Below, piece after piece: positions 59,889-64,000 of a stretch of DNA of 64,000 nt. The translations under genes were made by a program, and so were the position numbers. This stretch comes from a candidate division FCPU426 bacterium (GTDB lineage: Bacteria > Oederibacteriota > Muellerivitia > Muellerivitales > Muellerivitaceae). The stretch lies in NCBI GenBank assembly GCA_963830915.1, contig CAWHOE010000049.1:1-64000 (forward strand), in the 5' to 3' direction. The notes below the pieces were generated by a model. That model made no database searches. It was not told the origin of the DNA and saw nothing but the letters and a program-made list of their open reading frames with translations. Position 1 is the first letter of the stretch. Each line of letters opens with the position of its first letter.

Positions 59889-60650
59889 ATGACCAAAGCC
59901 CTGATCCAACTCAAGCAAGTCTCCAAGAGCTTCGGCGACCGCCGGGTGCTGGACAAGCTGGACCTGGACGTGTTCCAGGGCGAGACGCTGGCCATCATCG
60001 GGCGCTCGGGCGTGGGGAAGAGCACCATCCTCAAGCACATCGCTGGGCTGACGGAGCCGGACTCGGGCCAGGTGTGGGTGGAAGGCCAGGAGATAGAGCA
60101 TATGGGCGAGAGGGACATGAACGAACTGCGCAAGAAGATGGGCGTGGTGTTCCAGAACGCGGCCCTGTTCGATTCGCTCACGGTCTTCGAGAACATCGCC
60201 TTTAGGCTGCTGCGGGATTACGAGATGCCGGAGAAGAAGGCGCTGGAGGTGGTCCGCCAGAAGCTGGAACTGGTCGGCCTGAAGGACGACCTGCTGGAAC
60301 TGAAACCCTCCCAGCTCTCGGGCGGGATGCGCAAAAGGGTGGGGCTGGCCCGGGCCATCGCGGTGGACCCGGAGATCATCCTGTACGACGAGCCGACCTC
60401 GGGGCTGGACCCGGTCACCTCGGAGGCCATCAACGGGCTCATCCTGGATATGCAGGAAAAGCTGAAAGTGACCTCGGTGGTGGTGACCCACGACATGCAT
60501 AGCGCCTACAAGGTGGCTAACCGGATAGCCATGATATATGATGGCAAAATTATCGGGACCGGGACGCCGGAAGAGATCAGGGAGAGCCGGGATCCTTATA
60601 TTCACCAGTTCGTGACGGGCAGTGTGGAAGGGCCCATGCCGATAAGATAG
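59889..60650 (+). CDS. mlaF: MlaF-family ABC ATPase
   Basis: GRSGVGKS, FQNAALFDSLTVFEN, LSGGMRKRVGLARA, YDEPTSGLDP. Confidence 0.93.
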   Translation: MTKALIQLKQVSKSFGDRRVLDKLDLDVFQGETLAIIGRSGVGKSTILKHIAGLTEPDSGQVWVEGQEIEHMGERDMNELRKKMGVVFQNAALFDSLTVFENIAFRLLRDYEMPEKKALEVVRQKLELVGLKDDLLELKPSQLSGGMRKRVGLARAIAVDPEIILYDEPTSGLDPVTSEAINGLILDMQEKLKVTSVVVTHDMHSAYKVANRIAMIYDGKIIGTGTPEEIRESRDPYIHQFVTGSVEGPMPIR

Positions 60651-60656
60651 ACAGAT

Positions 60657-60940
60657 TGAACCACGGATTACGGAAACGGCAAATTTTGCCACAGATGAAC
60701 ACAGATAAACACAGATGAGGATTTAGGGAAGCAAAAACGGCTTTCACCACGGAGACACAGCTAAGAAACGACGAAACCAATTTTGCCACAGATGAACACA
60801 GATAAACACAGATGAGAATTTAGGGAAGCAAAAACGGCTACACCTGTTTTTTTTAGCGCTGATAAACACAGATTTGAATTTGGTTTAGAAACAAAAGTTT
60901 GATTTTTTATCTGTGTTCATCTGTGTCCATCTGTGGTTAA
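60657..60940. repeat. Stack of CCAC+triple-repeat arms inside the mla operon, with a ~60-bp internal direct repeat
   Basis: AATTTTGCCACAGATGAACACAGATAAACACAGATGAG[GA]ATTTAGGGAAGCAAAAACGGCT twice (~60682, ~60779); inverted arm 60909-60940. Confidence 0.85.
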
Positions 60941-60973
60941 CATTTTTTACGTCTTTAAGGGGATATTAAGAGC

Positions 60974-61825
60974 ATGACCAACGAATTCAAAGTCGGGCTG
61001 ATGGTGGTGGCCGCGGGGTCCCTCCTGATGATCGCCATCCTGTTCGTCACCAATTTCCATTTCGCCCCCGGGGGCTACGTGATCACGGCGGAATTCAACT
61101 TCCTCGGCGACCTGAAAGAGAACGCCCCGGTGGAATACGCCGGCGGGATCAAGGTGGGCGAGGTCAGCGCCATCCGTATCAAGGACGGCAAGGCGGCGGT
61201 GGACCTTTTCATCAACCGGGACGATTTCAAACTGCGCCGCGACTCCCAGGTGGCCATCTACAGCGCCGGATTGCTGGGTTCCCGCTATATCCAGATCGCT
61301 TCCGACCTGGGGACGGGGGAACTCCTCAAGACGGGCGATGTCATCGAGGGACTGGACGCCAACAACCTGGACAAGACCTTCAGCCAGCTGGGCGACGTGT
61401 TGGAAACCTTCGAGAAGATGATGGGCGACCCCAAAGCGAAGGAGAACTTCCTCCATTCCTTCGACAACATGAACAAGACCACGGATAACCTGCTGCAACT
61501 GACCATCGCCAGCCGGGCGAAGATCGAGAAGATACTGGAAAACCTGTCCAATTCCAGCGGCAAGGCCGACAAGATCATCGACAGCGCCCAAAGGGTCTCC
61601 AAGAGCCTGGAACTGCTGACCGCGTCCCTGGACAAGAACCAGGTCAAGGAATCGATGAACAATCTGGATATCACCCTGAAGAACATGAAACAACTCACCA
61701 ACGACATCCACAACGGCAAGGGCGTGGTGGGGGTCTTGATGCAGGATGAGAAAACGGCGGACGATATCAGGGACCTGGTGGAGGACCTGAAGGTGCATCC
61801 GTGGAAACTGCTCTGGAAGAAGTAA
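60974..61825 (+). CDS. mlaD: MlaD/MCE-domain protein
   Basis: EFKVGL TM; GIKVGEV; AGLLGSRYIQI; helical tail ending HPWKLLWK. Confidence 0.92.
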   Translation: MTNEFKVGLMVVAAGSLLMIAILFVTNFHFAPGGYVITAEFNFLGDLKENAPVEYAGGIKVGEVSAIRIKDGKAAVDLFINRDDFKLRRDSQVAIYSAGLLGSRYIQIASDLGTGELLKTGDVIEGLDANNLDKTFSQLGDVLETFEKMMGDPKAKENFLHSFDNMNKTTDNLLQLTIASRAKIEKILENLSNSSGKADKIIDSAQRVSKSLELLTASLDKNQVKESMNNLDITLKNMKQLTNDIHNGKGVVGVLMQDEKTADDIRDLVEDLKVHPWKLLWKK

Positions 61826-61836
61826 AAAACGCCCAT

Positions 61837-62211
61837 TGAACCACCAAGGGCACCAAGTTCACCAAGAACGGCAAAGATAAACACAGATACACCTATGGGG
61901 AAGCAAAAGAAGCTTTGAACCACAGAGTCGCACAGAGTCACACAGAGTAAAGAAACAACATTCCGTTGGATTTCTTGTTAAAACGCAGACAACCTGTTTT
62001 TACCTTGTAGTTACAGACTTTATCCGGTTTTAAAACTATTCTAGAAGTGATTTTTAATTACTTTTTTGTTTAATCAATCGAGTTGTTTTTGATTTTTTAA
62101 ACTCTGTGTGACTCTGTGCGACTCTGTGCCGATTATCCAATTAATAAATATTGGTAATCGGTACTATACCGACCTCTATAAAAGCTTTATGGAAGGTCGG
62201 CATGTGGTTCA
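61837..62211. repeat. Stack of CACCAAG, CACAGAT and CACAGAG arms with an inverted CACAGAG pair
   Basis: TTGAACCACCAAGGGCACCAAGTTCACCAAG; TTGAACCACAGAGTCGCACAGAGTCACACAGAGT and its inverted copy at 62101-62211. Confidence 0.82.
62127..62202 (+). mobile_element. 76-bp four-armed mini-element, family 1, copy 4
   Basis: TGCCGATT..AATCGGTACTATACCGACC..GGTCGGCA flanked by TG/TG; removal restores ACTCTGTGGTTCAA. Confidence 0.82.
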
Positions 62212-62243
62212 ATTTGTTTTAATATTTTTTTAAAGGAGAAGTC

Positions 62244-62936
62244 ATGAAGAACGCGATGAAGTTGTTGATGGCGATGATATTGATCCAGGCCGGTTTATTC
62301 CTGGCCGGGTTGGGGAAGGCCCAGGCCTTCGAGGGAACGGTGGATTATCACGTCAAGGCCGGCGACCACGAAAGCGACATCGAGTACATCATCAAGGGCA
62401 CTAAATTGCGTTTCAACGTCAGCCAGAAAGCCCACGCGGCGGCGGGCATCGTGGACCTGACGGCGAAGACCATGATCATTATGATGCCCCAGCAGAAGAT
62501 GTACATGAGCCAGCCTTTCCCTGATTACAAGAAGGTGGCGGAAGCCTCCAAGGGCAAATTCTCCAAGACCGGCAATACCGAAACCATCTTGGGTCATACC
62601 TGCGATGAATATGTCTACACCACCGAGAACGGGGCGGCCCATGTGTGGCTGGCCAAGGGCATCGGGATGTTCCAGGGCCTATTTCAGAACAAACCCACCG
62701 AGATGGATTCCTGGGTCACCCTGGTCAAGTCCAAGGGCCTGTTTCCCCTGAAGTCCTCCTACCAGGACAAGGACGGCAAGGAAAAGTCCTCCATGGTGGC
62801 CACCAAGCTGTCCAAAGAGGCCGTGGATGATAGTGTTTTCGTGCCTCCCGCGGATTATAAAGAAATGAAGATGCCCAAAGTGGATATGAGTCAATTGGGC
62901 TCGTCCATGTCGGGGGTCAAGATACCTGGATTTTGA
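62244..62936 (+). CDS. Exported DUF4412-like protein
   Basis: Signal peptide AQA/FEG; KTGNTETILGHTCDEY; GLFPLK; DSVFVPPADYK. Confidence 0.8.
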   Translation: MKNAMKLLMAMILIQAGLFLAGLGKAQAFEGTVDYHVKAGDHESDIEYIIKGTKLRFNVSQKAHAAAGIVDLTAKTMIIMMPQQKMYMSQPFPDYKKVAEASKGKFSKTGNTETILGHTCDEYVYTTENGAAHVWLAKGIGMFQGLFQNKPTEMDSWVTLVKSKGLFPLKSSYQDKDGKEKSSMVATKLSKEAVDDSVFVPPADYKEMKMPKVDMSQLGSSMSGVKIPGF

Positions 62937-62955
62937 GTGACTGGTTGTATAATGG

Positions 62956-63050
62956 GGAACCTCAAATAATTCACCACCAAGACACCAAGGCACCAAGAAA
63001 GGCTTTTTTTTGATGCCGAAAAAATCAAAAAGGTAATTATTAGGGGTACC
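62956..63050 (+). mobile_element. ~95-bp MITE-like element, family 3
   Basis: GGAACCTCAAATAATT..CACCACCAAGACACCAAGGCACCAAG..AATTATTAGGGGTACC; homolog of 43994-44089. Confidence 0.7.
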
Positions 63051-63089
63051 CTAATGACACATCGTAAAAAATCATTTAAGGAGGCTTGA

Positions 63090-63380
63090 ATGCTGACACA
63101 TCGGATCGTGGCTTATTTGATCGGGCTGGCGGTGGGATATTGGGTCCTGACCCTGGCTGAGAAAGAGAAGAATTTCAACAAGACCCTGGGAAAGATCATC
63201 GGCGGGATCATCATCGTGGTCTCCCTGATCGGCCCCCTTTGCATCGCGGGCAAATGCATGATGGGCAAATGCGAGATGGGTTCGGGATGCTGTTCCTCCA
63301 TGTCGAGCTGCCCGATGGAAAAGGGCGGGGCCCCCATGGCCATGCCCGGCATGACGGACGACCAGAAAAAAGCCAAGTAA
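63090..63380 (+). CDS. Small 2-TM protein with Cys/Met-rich tail
   Basis: AGGAGG RBS; two TMs then CIAGKCMMGKCEMGSGCCSSMSSCPME. Confidence 0.8.
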   Translation: MLTHRIVAYLIGLAVGYWVLTLAEKEKNFNKTLGKIIGGIIIVVSLIGPLCIAGKCMMGKCEMGSGCCSSMSSCPMEKGGAPMAMPGMTDDQKKAK

Positions 63381-63400
63381 ACTAAACCTAAGTTTTACCC

Positions 63401-63432
63401 AAGGGCTCCCTGTTTCAGGGAGCCCTTTTTTA
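63401..63432 (+). terminator. Intrinsic terminator
   Basis: AAGGGCTCCCTG-TTT-CAGGGAGCCCTT followed by T tract. Confidence 0.9.
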
Positions 63433-63479
63433 TTTGTGTTAGTAGGTATACGAGTGTATACTACCGAAACATAAAGCAT

Positions 63480-63658
63480 TAACCACTGAGTACGGAAACG
63501 ACAAAACCAGTTTTAGCCACCGATGAACACAGATAAACACAGATGAAAATTTAGGGAAACAAAAAGAGATTTTAACTACTGAGTAAAGACTGTCGGTTTT
63601 TGCGATAAATTTTAAATGTTTAATCAAATCGGAGTTAATCGGTGTTTATCGGTGGCAA
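63480..63658. repeat. CCAC+triple-repeat inverted pair (CACAGAT/CACCGAT subfamily)
   Basis: TAGCCACCGATGAACACAGATAAACACAGAT ... ATCGGAGTTAATCGGTGTTTATCGGTGGCAA; flanks resemble 60657-60840. Confidence 0.8.
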
Positions 63659-63683
63659 AATCTTGTTTGGAAAGTAGTTAAAA

Positions 63684-64000
63684 ATGGCAAAGATCAAGAC
63701 ACAGTACGTTTGCAGTAATTGCGGGGCGGTCTCCATCCGCTGGCAGGGGAAGTGCTCCACCTGCAACGAATGGAACACCTACGCGGAGGAAACAACCGGC
63801 AAGGCCAAGGTCAAGACCGAGGAAAGAGGGCGGCAACTTTCCAGCCCCGCCGAGGCCGTCGTTGGACCTGTATCCTTGGACGAGATCGAGGTGGACGACG
63901 GGTTCCGCCTCCAAACCGGTTTGAACGAGTTCGACCGGGTCCTGGGCGGGGGCATCGTGCCGGGGGAGACGGTCATCATCGGGGGCGACCCGGGTATCGG
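63684..64000 (+). CDS. radA: DNA repair protein RadA/Sms (runs off window end)
   Basis: YVCSNCG..RWQGKCSTCNEWNT zinc finger; EFDRVLGGGIVPG..GGDPGIG. Confidence 0.96.
   Translation, partial: MAKIKTQYVCSNCGAVSIRWQGKCSTCNEWNTYAEETTGKAKVKTEERGRQLSSPAEAVVGPVSLDEIEVDDGFRLQTGLNEFDRVLGGGIVPGETVIIGGDPGI

Overview
Bacterial chromosomal window from a diderm organism (MlaE/F/D, OmpA-family protein). The Thr-rich secreted proteins with FlgD/T9SS-CTD-like tails suggest an uncultured FCPU426/Goldbacteria-like lineage; this is inference only. It looks like a long-read assembly: there are homopolymer frameshifts and a probably chimeric first ~500 bp. 1.4-29.8 kb: a surface-glycosylation and polysaccharide-degradation cluster (GT39-like, double O-antigen-ligase-domain and two YfhO-family GT-C enzymes, a GH9, two giant GH8/DUF11 proteins whose last 1476 bp are identical, and a DUF11/Thr-rich/FlgD protein). 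29.9-42.4 kb: sugar metabolism (fbaB, PfkB kinase, pfp) and rpsF-ssb-rpsR-DUF2232-rplI-[MNT/HEPN]-dnaB-alr. 42.7-59.0 kb: accessory region with cassettes separated by copies of a cupin gene's 3' end, VapBC, a ~1.4 kb block of ~21-bp-period tandem arrays with nested mini-elements, and an AT-rich strip of orphan genes. 59.1-64 kb: mlaEFD, DUF4412, start of radA. Intergenic DNA holds a layered set of small non-autonomous elements: CCAC+triple-repeat inverted pairs, a 76-80 bp four-armed element flanked by TG that inserts into other repeats, and two more MITE-like families. No rRNA, tRNA, CRISPR array, transposase or integrase was recognised.
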